Position numbers and translations under genes: made by a program | IMG/VR virus record: IMGVR_UViG_3300033076_000602 | Location: 1 to 36,042 of that record | Length of the DNA: 36,042 nucleotides | Source of the DNA: a virus | Lineage: Duplodnaviria; Caudoviricetes | Reading direction: 5' to 3' (one strand) | In this document: positions 24,223 through 32,330 of the stretch, piece by piece | How the letters are laid out: each line of letters starts with the position of its first letter | Position numbering within the stretch: position 1 is the first letter of the stretch | Notes under the pieces: generated by a model | What the model was told of the DNA's origin: nothing | Seen by the model: the letters and a program-made list of their open reading frames with translations, nothing else | Databases searched by the model: none

Positions 24223-24258
24223 GATTGTTTTCCCTCTCGTTTTGATTGCGCCTTATGG

Positions 24259-24304
24259 CAATCAGTGAGACAGCGCGCGCTTGGCGCGCTGTCCTAACTG
24301 ATTG
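24259..24304 (-). promoter_or_regulatory. Long intergenic hairpin, possible RNase III processing site
   Basis: CAATCAGT/ACTGATTG lower stem, small internal loop, GACAGCGCGC/GCGCGCTGTC upper stem, no U tract. Confidence 0.5.
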
Positions 24305-24308
24305 TCAC

Positions 24309-24962
24309 TTAGGCGGCTTGCGCTTGCGTTTCTGGCCCGCGGGTTGTCTTTACCCATGACGGCAACGCAACAGGTTCTTTCGTGCCGCGATAGGGCATTA
24401 ACAGACAGACATAGGGCATTGGCAGATTAAGTGCGATAAATGCCGGACTGTTTCCGTTGTGCTCAATTTCAATCTTGCTATTCTTGTTACCAAACGCGGC
24501 TTCAATTTTCGGCAGCTCGCCAATATAACGCGCGTCAAATTGCGCGGCCTCGCCCGATATTGTCGCGGGGATAACTTGACGCCAATTCGGAAAAGAACCG
24601 TCGACAAAACCGAACCGGACGGATTGGCCCGCGTGCTCGATCTCGCCTTTGTTACCGTCAATTGTGAGCGTGCAGTTATCATTGCCGCGCGCGGGTTTTA
24701 GATTCTTCACAATATCGGCGGGGATTATGACCGAAAACGGGTTGGCTTGTGTTTCGGTAAAAGGATTAGCGTCATTTCCTCCGCTTTCTATCGTAAATTC
24801 CGGTTGCATAGCTAACAGGCGATGCCCGTCAGTTCCTGCGATAAAGAGTTTATCGCCGTCAAGCTGCACGGCAACCCCTTTAAGATAATAACGCGTCTCA
24901 TCGGTTGACGTGCAAACGAGAGCGGCTTTAAGAGCGCGAATATCGAAAGAAATTTTGATCAT
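24309..24962 (-). CDS. DNA polymerase III beta sliding-clamp-like protein (short, 217 aa)
   Basis: STDETRYYLKGV...AGTDGHRL, DGSFPNWRQVIP, FDARYI and LLMP motifs of the DnaN central and C-terminal domains. Confidence 0.8.
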   Translation of the reverse strand: MIKISFDIRALKAALVCTSTDETRYYLKGVAVQLDGDKLFIAGTDGHRLLAMQPEFTIESGGNDANPFTETQANPFSVIIPADIVKNLKPARGNDNCTLTIDGNKGEIEHAGQSVRFGFVDGSFPNWRQVIPATISGEAAQFDARYIGELPKIEAAFGNKNSKIEIEHNGNSPAFIALNLPMPYVCLLMPYRGTKEPVALPSWVKTTRGPETQAQAA

Positions 24963-25064
24963 TGTCTTATTTCCCCATTAAGAACGAAGCGCCGATAGCG
25001 CCAAAAATTGCGAGTGTAACAAGCGCGCTCTCAAGCGCGCCGATTAAGAGTGAAGGTTCGGACA

Positions 25065-25358
25065 TTATGCTGCCTCCGTTTCATCTTCCTCATCTTCACC
25101 ATACGCGGCGATCATAACGCGCGCTATTTCGCGCCAGTTTACGTCACTGATAAATGCGCGCGCGTAATCAAGCGCCAAACCCTCTTTGGCGTCTATCTCT
25201 AAAATTTCATGTGCGTAATCTTTAAGAAAATCCGCAAGCTCACATGGTCCATGCAGCTTCCACCCCATGTCTGCGGGATCGATCCCATCAAAGATTTCGA
25301 GATTAACGCGCCAAGTCGCGTAGTTCGTCCAGCCATTATAAGTGTTGTCGTTTGCCAT
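25065..25358 (-). CDS. Hypothetical early protein (YNGWTNYATW type)
   Basis: 97 aa, acidic tail, clear SD, directly behind a promoter. Confidence 0.7.
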   Translation of the reverse strand: MANDNTYNGWTNYATWRVNLEIFDGIDPADMGWKLHGPCELADFLKDYAHEILEIDAKEGLALDYARAFISDVNWREIARVMIAAYGEDEEDETEAA

Positions 25359-25386
25359 TGTCTTGTTTCCCTTGCTTTGGTTATTG

Positions 25387-25422
25387 TGCTAAAGATTTTA
25401 TTGCATTTAGTTTGGCAGTCAA
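25387..25422 (-). promoter_or_regulatory. Sigma70-like early promoter with overlapping operator
   Basis: Minus strand TTGACT-16-TAAAAT; overlaps TGCTA-N9-TTGCA at 25387-25405. Confidence 0.65.
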
Positions 25423-25427
25423 GCGCT

Positions 25428-25676
25428 TTAGTGCGCTTGACAGTCTTTCGGCAAATTGCCGTCTTGAACCATGACGACGAACATTGCCGCGTCTGATGAA
25501 TTGTCGAATTGACGGATCACGTCGGGCTTGCCGTCAGTGTCGAGACGATGCGCGTCCCATACGAACCACTGGACAGCATCAAAGCGAGTATGGTCGCCGA
25601 ACAGACGTTTGCGCGCTGCCAGTTCGCCTTTACGTGTCGGGTCATTCTTGATTGTCTTTGTGAACATGTCGACCAT
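25428..25676 (-). CDS. Hypothetical early protein
   Basis: 82 aa, SD AAGGGGG. Confidence 0.6.
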   Translation of the reverse strand: MVDMFTKTIKNDPTRKGELAARKRLFGDHTRFDAVQWFVWDAHRLDTDGKPDVIRQFDNSSDAAMFVVMVQDGNLPKDCQAH

Positions 25677-25703
25677 TTTATCCCCCTTGCGTTTTGAGTG
25701 TTT

Positions 25704-25723
25704 GGGCGGGTTTTACCCCGCCC
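25704..25723. promoter_or_regulatory. Intergenic hairpin
   Basis: GGGCGGG-TTTTAC-CCCGCCC between two early genes. Confidence 0.4.
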
Positions 25724-25729
25724 GTTTGG

Positions 25730-25915
25730 TTATTGTGAGATGATGACGCTAGCTTCTTTGCGGACCAGCATCTCGCGCGCTTTGGCTTTTGGAACCCATT
25801 GTCCCTTTGCGCGCTTCACTTCAACGCCGAACCAAACGTGTGCAAGGTTCGGATTGTTGGTTTCACGGACTTGGTAAAACTGGTTTGCGCTTGTTTCGAT
25901 GATCATGTTTTCCAC
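25730..25915 (-). CDS. Hypothetical early protein
   Basis: About 60 aa, first ORF behind the outer early promoter; start codon uncertain. Confidence 0.55.
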   Translation of the reverse strand: MENMIIETSANQFYQVRETNNPNLAHVWFGVEVKRAKGQWVPKAKAREMLVRKEASVIISQ

Positions 25916-25933
25916 TCTGGTTTTCGGTTTCAG

Positions 25934-25970
25934 TGCTACAGAATTTATTGCATCGCATTTTGAGCGTCAA
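25934..25970 (-). promoter_or_regulatory. Sigma70-like early promoter with overlapping operator
   Basis: Minus strand TTGACG-17-TAAATT; overlaps TGCTA-N9-TTGCA at 25934-25952. Confidence 0.7.
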
Positions 25971-26039
25971 GAGAAAAAATCGCGTTTGCTAAAAATAATT
26001 TTGCATGGTCATGGATTAGGCGCGATTTTGCCGGTTTGA

Positions 26040-26600
26040 ATAGCCAATCGGTGGCAATTTTTACGTGAGCGAGATCAACGACTTACGCGGGGATTGGCTA
26101 TATTGTCATGCTAAAACACTTATGCTTAAGAGATTTTATATATTATATATAGCTAATATATCTCTACACATGGGCGCGAATCCCCCGCGCCGTTTACGGA
26201 TCAATTTTGCAGCCATGACAATTGACCCAAATGACCCAGAATGCCCAAAGCCACGAACGCGCGCCTTCACGGTTTCAAACTCACGGATCAATTTTATTGT
26301 CATGACAATTTGACCCAAATTACCAAGCGCGCGTCTGGCACGCTAAATCGAGAGCGCGACTAAAAACGGATGACAATATGACCAAGATGACAATCGGCGG
26401 ATTGCCTGCCTGCCGCGTGCCTGCCGCGTCTCGCCGATAGCGGGGCGCTCGGAACCCCAAGCTAATTTACAGCTATAAACTGTATATTAAATTGAAACAC
26501 ATTTAGGGGAGGGGGGTAGGGCCCGCGCAAAGGGCCTTGAGCTGGGGCAGGGTCTGCAAAAATTTTTTTAAATTTTTTTTTATTTTTTCGCCCCACAACC
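26040..26600. repeat. Non-coding repeat-rich region upstream of TerS (candidate origin, packaging site or genome terminus)
   Basis: Imperfect direct repeats 26196-26232 and 26283-26320, palindrome ATTGTCATGACAAT 26296-26309, 10-bp inverted repeat 26040-26049/26092-26101, G run and long T runs at about 26505-26588. Confidence 0.6.
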
Positions 26601-26642
26601 CACCCCTTGCCGCCAACCGCTAAACGCAGTAAATTAACCAGC

Positions 26643-27152
26643 ATGTTTGAATCACTCCCTTACGAACCACGAGAGATCAAAGCCACAGAGGCGCGTCTTC
26701 AGCGCATCTATGAGGCCGCGTCCAAAGGGCTCAAAGGCGACTCGCTGGCGCTTGCTGCCGGTATGATGCCGACCGAGTATCGACGGCTCTGCCAGATGGA
26801 CCCGATGGCCGAGATGGCCGAGATGAAGGGGCGCGCCGACTCGGAGATGCGCGCAGCAACGTCACTGCACAGAGCAGCCGAAGAAGGCGACGCCAAGGCG
26901 GCGCTGGCGATCCTGCAACACAGCCACGGCTGGACAGCCCGCCAAGAGATCAGTGTGGATGTCTATCAGAAGATCAGTATCACGCAGGCATTGGAAGATG
27001 CTAAAAGTCGTGTTATAGAAGGTCTTGCTATAAAAAACGAAACCCCGAACCGCAGCAACGATTCGAGGCTTCTGACCAACAACCATTACGGAGATGGCGA
27101 TGGCTACCAATTTGATAACACAAGAACGGCTGAAAAATCTACTGCACTATGA
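26643..27152 (+). CDS. Terminase small subunit (putative)
   Basis: HTH-like N-terminus, GDAKAALAILQH.HGW motif, position upstream of TerL. Start placed at ATG 26643. Confidence 0.7.
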   Translation: MFESLPYEPREIKATEARLQRIYEAASKGLKGDSLALAAGMMPTEYRRLCQMDPMAEMAEMKGRADSEMRAATSLHRAAEEGDAKAALAILQHSHGWTARQEISVDVYQKISITQALEDAKSRVIEGLAIKNETPNRSNDSRLLTNNHYGDGDGYQFDNTRTAEKSTAL

Positions 27153-27594
27153 CCCCGATACAGGGGTTTTTACCCGCCGCAATAAGTTTCGCAATTTAGC
27201 CGCAGGAAGCGTTGTCGGATGCGTAGGGGCTGGCGGGTATATGCAGTGCAGTTTAGATAGCAAAATGTACAAGATGCACCGCTTGGCGTGGTTGTATGTG
27301 TACGGCCGTTGGCCTACAGATCAAATAGACCACATAAACAACATACCCACCGATAATAGGCTGATAAATTTGCGCGAAGTTTCTTGCGCTGAAAACCACC
27401 AAAACCGTGCCAGACGCACAAAAAATTCATCCAGCTATCTTGGTGTAGGCTGGCACAAACGCGATAAGTGTTGGCAAGCGCATATAGAAGTAAACGGAAA
27501 ACGCCACCATCTAGGCTATTACAAAAGCCTAGCCGATGCTATCGACGCGCGCAAAAACGCTGAAATTTTATACCACCCAACAAGGCCCCAATAA
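27100..27594 (+). CDS. Free-standing HNH homing endonuclease (HNH + AP2-like domain)
   Basis: ITQERLK.LL.YDPDTGVF...HRLAWLYVYGRWP..QIDHIN...DNR..NLR and GVGWHK...WQAHI...HLGYY; inserted between TerS and TerL. Confidence 0.9.
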   Translation: MATNLITQERLKNLLHYDPDTGVFTRRNKFRNLAAGSVVGCVGAGGYMQCSLDSKMYKMHRLAWLYVYGRWPTDQIDHINNIPTDNRLINLREVSCAENHQNRARRTKNSSSYLGVGWHKRDKCWQAHIEVNGKRHHLGYYKSLADAIDARKNAEILYHPTRPQ

Positions 27595-29120
27595 TGGCAC
27601 AGACCCCCATATACAGTTCTGCTGACGAACAGGTGCTTATGGCGACCCTGTGGTCTCCGGCGGTTGCAGACAATCCTGAAGCCTTTGTGTTGATGGCTTT
27701 TCCGTGGGGCCAACCCAACACCCCGCTCGCCAAGTTCCAAGGCCCGCGCAAATGGCAGCGCAAGGTGCTGCGCGACATCGCCGAGCATATTAAGAAGAAC
27801 AAAGGCCAGCTCCAGATGGACACGCTGCGAAAAGCGGTCTCATCCGGGCGCGGTATCGGCAAGTCGGCGCTGGTGTCTTGGCTGATCTTGTGGATGCTGA
27901 CCACGCGGATCGGCTCGACCGTCATCGTGAGCGCCAACTCGGAAGCACAGCTCCGGTCGGTGACGTGGGGCGAACTGACCAAGTGGACGGCGATGATAAT
28001 CAACAACCACTGGTGGGAAGTGTCGGCAACCAAGCTGACGCCTGCCAAGTGGGTCTGCGAGCTGGTCGAGCGCGACCTCAAGAAAGGCACGCGCTACTGG
28101 GCGGCGGAGGGTAAGCTGTGGTCGGAAGAGAACCCTGACAGTTACGCGGGCGTTCACAACCATGACGGCATGATGCTGATCTTTGACGAAGCCTCGGGTA
28201 TCCCGGACCCGATCTGGTCGGTCGGAGCGGGCTTTTTTACGGAAAACATTCTGGACAGGTACTGGTTTGCGTTCTCAAACCCGCGACGCAACCAAGGCTA
28301 TTTCTTTGAGTGTTTCAATTCGAAACGTAATTTCTGGGACACAACGCAGGTCGACGCCCGCACGGTCGAGGGGACCGACAAGCAGGTCTACGAGCAGATT
28401 ATCGCGGAGTATGGCGAGGACTCGGCGCAGGCCAAGGTCGAGGTGTATGGTGAGTTCCCGAGCGAAGGCGATGACCAGTTCATCAGCCCGCGTCTGGTGG
28501 ATGAGGCGATGGAGCGCGAGCCGTACAAGGACATGACCGCCCCCTTGGTCATGGGCATTGACCCTGCACGCGGGGGCGCTGACTCGACGGTCATCGTGCT
28601 CAGGCGAGGGCGTGACCTTGAGGCCGTCAAGCGGTTCCATGGCGAGGACACGATGATGATCGTTGGGCGCATCATCGACCTGATGGAAGAATACAAGCCG
28701 ACGATGGTTGTCATGGACGAGGGTGGGCTTGGCTATGGTATTCTTGACCGTCTGAACGAACAGCGATACAAAGTCAAAGGTGTGAACTTTGGCTGGAAAG
28801 CCAAGAACTCGATCATGTGGGGCAACAAGCGCGCCGAGATGTGGGGCGCTATGAAAGATTGGCTAAAGACGGCATCGCTGCCGCAAGACCGGCAACTTAA
28901 AGCCGATCTGACGGGGCCGTTGAAAAAGCCGAACTCTTCAGGTACAGTCTTTCTAGAAGGAAAGAAAGAGATGAGGTCAAGAGGCTTGGCATCCCCCGAC
29001 GCAGCCGACGCGCTGGCCGTCACGTTCGCCTATCCTGTTGCCCATCGTGAGGCTAAAGATTTGCCAACTCGCCGTCTTCAAAACGGGTCTGGCGCACCGC
29101 TAACGTGGATGGGAAGTTAA
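27594..29120 (+). CDS. terL: Terminase large subunit
   Basis: Walker A SGRGIGKS, Walker B LIFDEAS, FSNP coupling motif, nuclease motifs GIDPARGGAD and SPDAADAL. Confidence 0.95.
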   Translation: MAQTPIYSSADEQVLMATLWSPAVADNPEAFVLMAFPWGQPNTPLAKFQGPRKWQRKVLRDIAEHIKKNKGQLQMDTLRKAVSSGRGIGKSALVSWLILWMLTTRIGSTVIVSANSEAQLRSVTWGELTKWTAMIINNHWWEVSATKLTPAKWVCELVERDLKKGTRYWAAEGKLWSEENPDSYAGVHNHDGMMLIFDEASGIPDPIWSVGAGFFTENILDRYWFAFSNPRRNQGYFFECFNSKRNFWDTTQVDARTVEGTDKQVYEQIIAEYGEDSAQAKVEVYGEFPSEGDDQFISPRLVDEAMEREPYKDMTAPLVMGIDPARGGADSTVIVLRRGRDLEAVKRFHGEDTMMIVGRIIDLMEEYKPTMVVMDEGGLGYGILDRLNEQRYKVKGVNFGWKAKNSIMWGNKRAEMWGAMKDWLKTASLPQDRQLKADLTGPLKKPNSSGTVFLEGKKEMRSRGLASPDAADALAVTFAYPVAHREAKDLPTRRLQNGSGAPLTWMGS

Positions 29121-29380
29121 TGGCACGCAAAGGTGTATCACTGTCCGTCGGACGCGGCGAGAAGCTGCCGGTGTCAAAGGGCGCTGGGCTGACGGCCAAA
29201 GGCCGCGCGAAGTATAACCGCGAGACAGGCTCGAACTTGAAGGCTCCTGCACCGAACCCGAAGACAAAGGCTGATGAGGGCCGTAAAAAGTCGTTTTGCT
29301 CGCGTATGGGTGCTGTAGCAGCCAAAGCTAAAAACGGCGAACGGGCAAAAGCCGCGCTGAAACGGTGGAACTGCAAATGA
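29120..29380 (+). CDS. Small basic phage protein (DUF6321-like)
   Basis: GLTAKGRAKYN...NLKAP...RKKSFCSRM...ALKRWNC; TAATG-coupled to TerL. Confidence 0.75.
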   Translation: MARKGVSLSVGRGEKLPVSKGAGLTAKGRAKYNRETGSNLKAPAPNPKTKADEGRKKSFCSRMGAVAAKAKNGERAKAALKRWNCK

Positions 29381-29523
29381 CAAAACAGAGCCTTTACAAG
29401 AATATTCACGCCAAACGCGAGCGCATCAAAGCCGGATCAGGCGAGAAAATGCGTAAGGTCGGGTCGAAAGGCGCACCCACAGCAAAAGCCTTCCGCGAGT
29501 CCGCTAAAACAAGGAAAAAGTGA
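29377..29523 (+). CDS. Small basic protein (48 aa, not in the ORF track)
   Basis: MTKQSLYKNIHAKRERIKAGSGEKMRKVGSKGAPTAKAFRESAKTRKK*, ATGA-coupled. Confidence 0.75.
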   Translation: MTKQSLYKNIHAKRERIKAGSGEKMRKVGSKGAPTAKAFRESAKTRKK

Positions 29524-29524
29524 C

Positions 29525-29668
29525 ATGCCGCTCAAGAAATCAGCCAGCAAAGCCGCCTTCAAATCCAACATCAAGACGGAAATGAAGAGCGGAAAGCCCC
29601 AAAATCAAGCCGTTGCCATCGCCTACGCCATGAAGCGGGCGGCAACGTCGAAGAAAAAAGGCAAGTAA
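29525..29668 (+). CDS. Small basic protein (47 aa, not in the ORF track)
   Basis: MPLKKSASKAAFKSNIKTEMKSGKPQNQAVAIAYAMKRAATSKKKGK*, SD AAGGA. Confidence 0.75.
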   Translation: MPLKKSASKAAFKSNIKTEMKSGKPQNQAVAIAYAMKRAATSKKKGK

Positions 29669-29766
29669 ATCGCATGTGGGGCGCGATCACCGCGACCTGC
29701 ACGGCGCAGCGGTGATCCCTCCCCGCCGCTGCGCCACTCAATCAAACGGAACCTGTCAGGCGTATT

Positions 29767-31959
29767 ATGAAGAAGCAAAACGTCGTAAATCTGGATAAAG
29801 AAGACGTCCTGAGCACAATGCGAGATCGCCTCACAATGGCGATCGGCGCGTATTCCGACAGCCGTGAAGACGAGCTGGACGATCTCAGGTTCTTTGCAGG
29901 CTCGCCCGACAACCAGTGGCAGTGGCCCGCCGACGTGCTGGCGACCCGTGGCTCGGTGCAGGGCCAGACGATCAACGCGCGACCATGCCTGACCATCAAC
30001 AAGCTGCCGCAGCACGTCCGTCAGGTGACGAACGATCAGCGTCAGAACCGCCCGAGCGGCAAGGTCATTCCAGCAGATGATCGTGCTGATCCGGCGGTGG
30101 CGGAGATTTTTGACGGGCTTGTGCGCCATATTGAGTATATGTCGGACGCTGACGTGGCCTATGACACAGCCTGCGAGAACCAAGTTGCCTATGGCGAAGG
30201 TTATATCCGCATCCTGACCGAGTATTGCGACGACAACACGTTCGATCAAGACATCAAGATCGGGCGCATCCGCAACTCGTTCTCGGTCTACATGGACCCG
30301 ACGATCCAAGACCCGTGCGGCTCGGACGCCGAGTGGTGCTTTATCACGGAAGACCTGACACGCTCGGAGTATGAGCGTCTGTTCCCGAACGCGCAGCCGA
30401 TCACGTCGGTCATGGCGTCAGGTATTGGCGATCAGTCGCTCTCGAACTGGATTAACGAGAACACAGTCCGCATTGCCGAGTATTTTTACACGGAATACGA
30501 GCCGGAAACACTGAATTTGTACCCCGGCAACCAGTCTTTCTTCGAAGGTTCGCCCGAAGACAAGATGATGAAGCAAAACGGCCTGAAACCGCTGAAATCG
30601 CGCGAAGTTCAGCGCAAGAAGATCAAGTGGTGCAAGACCAACGGGTACGAAATGCTTGAAGAGCGCGACTGGGCAGGGGCGTACATCCCTGTCATCCGCG
30701 TGATCGGCAACGAGTTCGAGGTTGATGGTCAGATTTACATCTCTGGGCTTGTGCGAAACGCAAAAGACGCCCAGCGCATGTACAACTATTGGGTCTCACA
30801 AGAGACCGAGATGCTGGCGCTTGCGCCAAAAGCGCCGTTTATTGGCTACGGGGGGCAGTTTGAGGGCTATGAGCAACAGTGGAAGACCGCTAACACAACG
30901 AATTGGCCGTATTTGGAAGTCAACCCTGACGTCACGGATGGTCAGGGGGCCGTACTCCCTCTACCGCAACGCGCTCAGCCGCCTATGGCTCAGACTGGCC
31001 TTATTCAGGCTAAAATGGGTGCTTCTGATGACATTAAAGCCACGACCGGTCAGTATGATTCAAGTCTTGGCCAGACATCCAATGAGCGTTCAGGCCGTGC
31101 TATTCTGGCGCGTGAGCGTCAAACCGACACTGGCACGTATCATTACGTCGATAACCTCGCGCGTGCGATCCGTTATACGACGCGTCAGATCGTGGATTTG
31201 ATCCCGAAAATTTACGACACGCAGCGCATCGCCCGTATCATCAACATGGACGGCGAAACGAGCATGGTGAAGATTGACCCGACACAACCGGAGCCGGTCA
31301 AGAAGATCACCGACCCGAACAACCCCGACATTGTGATCGACAAAATCTACAACCCGAGCGTCGGCAAGTACGATGTGGTCGTCACGACCGGCCCGAGCTA
31401 CATGACAAAGCGTCAGGAAGCTCTTGAGTCAATGTCGCAGATTTTGCAGGCAAACCCCGCGCTTTGGGGCGTGGCAGGCGACCTGTTCGTCAAGCACATG
31501 GACTGGCCGGGCGCGCAAGAACTTGCCAAGCGTCTTGCCAAAACCATCGACCCGAAAATTTTGCAGGACGACGATAAGTCTCCACAGCTCCAAGCCGCCG
31601 AACAGCAGATACAGGCGATGGGCCAAGAGCTTGACCAACTCCATCAGATGCTCATGAAGGTAAACGAGTCGGTTGAGGTGCAGCAGTTGCAGGTCAAGCA
31701 GTTTGAGGCTGAAGTCCGCGCGTATGATGCCGAAACCAAGCGTATCTCGGCGATGCAGGCGGGCATGACACCGGAGCAAATTCAGGATATTGTGCAAGGC
31801 ACGATTGCAGCGGCGATTGAGACCGGCGATCTGTCACCCGGTATGCCGATGATGCCCGTTATGGAGCCTCAGCGCGGTATGCCGATGATGGATGAAGGCC
31901 AAGCGCCGATGATGGCTGAAGAACAAACGCCTGCGATGGGCGGAGGACAAATGTCATGA
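29767..31959 (+). CDS. Portal protein, P22-like
   Basis: 730 aa; F..G..QW, RPCLTINK, G.VRNAKDAQRMYN, SGRAILAR and GKYDVVV.TGPSY.TKRQE motifs; C-terminal helical barrel. Confidence 0.93.
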   Translation: MKKQNVVNLDKEDVLSTMRDRLTMAIGAYSDSREDELDDLRFFAGSPDNQWQWPADVLATRGSVQGQTINARPCLTINKLPQHVRQVTNDQRQNRPSGKVIPADDRADPAVAEIFDGLVRHIEYMSDADVAYDTACENQVAYGEGYIRILTEYCDDNTFDQDIKIGRIRNSFSVYMDPTIQDPCGSDAEWCFITEDLTRSEYERLFPNAQPITSVMASGIGDQSLSNWINENTVRIAEYFYTEYEPETLNLYPGNQSFFEGSPEDKMMKQNGLKPLKSREVQRKKIKWCKTNGYEMLEERDWAGAYIPVIRVIGNEFEVDGQIYISGLVRNAKDAQRMYNYWVSQETEMLALAPKAPFIGYGGQFEGYEQQWKTANTTNWPYLEVNPDVTDGQGAVLPLPQRAQPPMAQTGLIQAKMGASDDIKATTGQYDSSLGQTSNERSGRAILARERQTDTGTYHYVDNLARAIRYTTRQIVDLIPKIYDTQRIARIINMDGETSMVKIDPTQPEPVKKITDPNNPDIVIDKIYNPSVGKYDVVVTTGPSYMTKRQEALESMSQILQANPALWGVAGDLFVKHMDWPGAQELAKRLAKTIDPKILQDDDKSPQLQAAEQQIQAMGQELDQLHQMLMKVNESVEVQQLQVKQFEAEVRAYDAETKRISAMQAGMTPEQIQDIVQGTIAAAIETGDLSPGMPMMPVMEPQRGMPMMDEGQAPMMAEEQTPAMGGGQMS

Positions 31960-32321
31960 GTGGATGCGATAAGTTCCTAGGAATGTTGTTTTTGGCCCGT
32001 GATGTTACGCACTCAGTGCATCTCAACACGCGCAGCTATGCAAAACACAAAGCACTCGGGTCGTTTTACGACAAAGTGGTTGATTTGGCAGACTCGTTTG
32101 CCGAAGCCTATCAAGGCCGACACGGCCTGATCGGCGGCATTGCGCTTCAGTCGCACGACAAAACCGCCAACGTGACGGATTTCCTTCAGAGCCAGTTGGA
32201 CGAGATTGAAAAAATCCGTTACGATGTGGTTCCTAAGACCGACACCGCGTTGCAGAACATGATCGACGAGATCGTCGCGCTCTATCTGACCACGCTCTAC
32301 AAGTTGAAGTTCTTGGCATAA
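31956..32321 (+). CDS. Ferritin/Dps-like four-helix protein (DUF5856-like)
   Basis: H..HLNT.SYAKHKAL..FYD.....D.FAEAYQG and LQN.IDEI......YKL pattern. Confidence 0.75.
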   Translation: MSGCDKFLGMLFLARDVTHSVHLNTRSYAKHKALGSFYDKVVDLADSFAEAYQGRHGLIGGIALQSHDKTANVTDFLQSQLDEIEKIRYDVVPKTDTALQNMIDEIVALYLTTLYKLKFLA

Positions 32322-32330
32322 GGTATCATT

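Noticed and set aside
26065-26318. Short ORFs in the non-coding region
   Set aside because: No SD, atypical composition, and they run through DNA repeats.
26196-26400. Mini CRISPR array (a Cas4-like nuclease is present in the genome)
   Set aside because: Only two imperfect long copies with irregular sub-repeats; the DUF2800-type nuclease is a normal part of this replication module.
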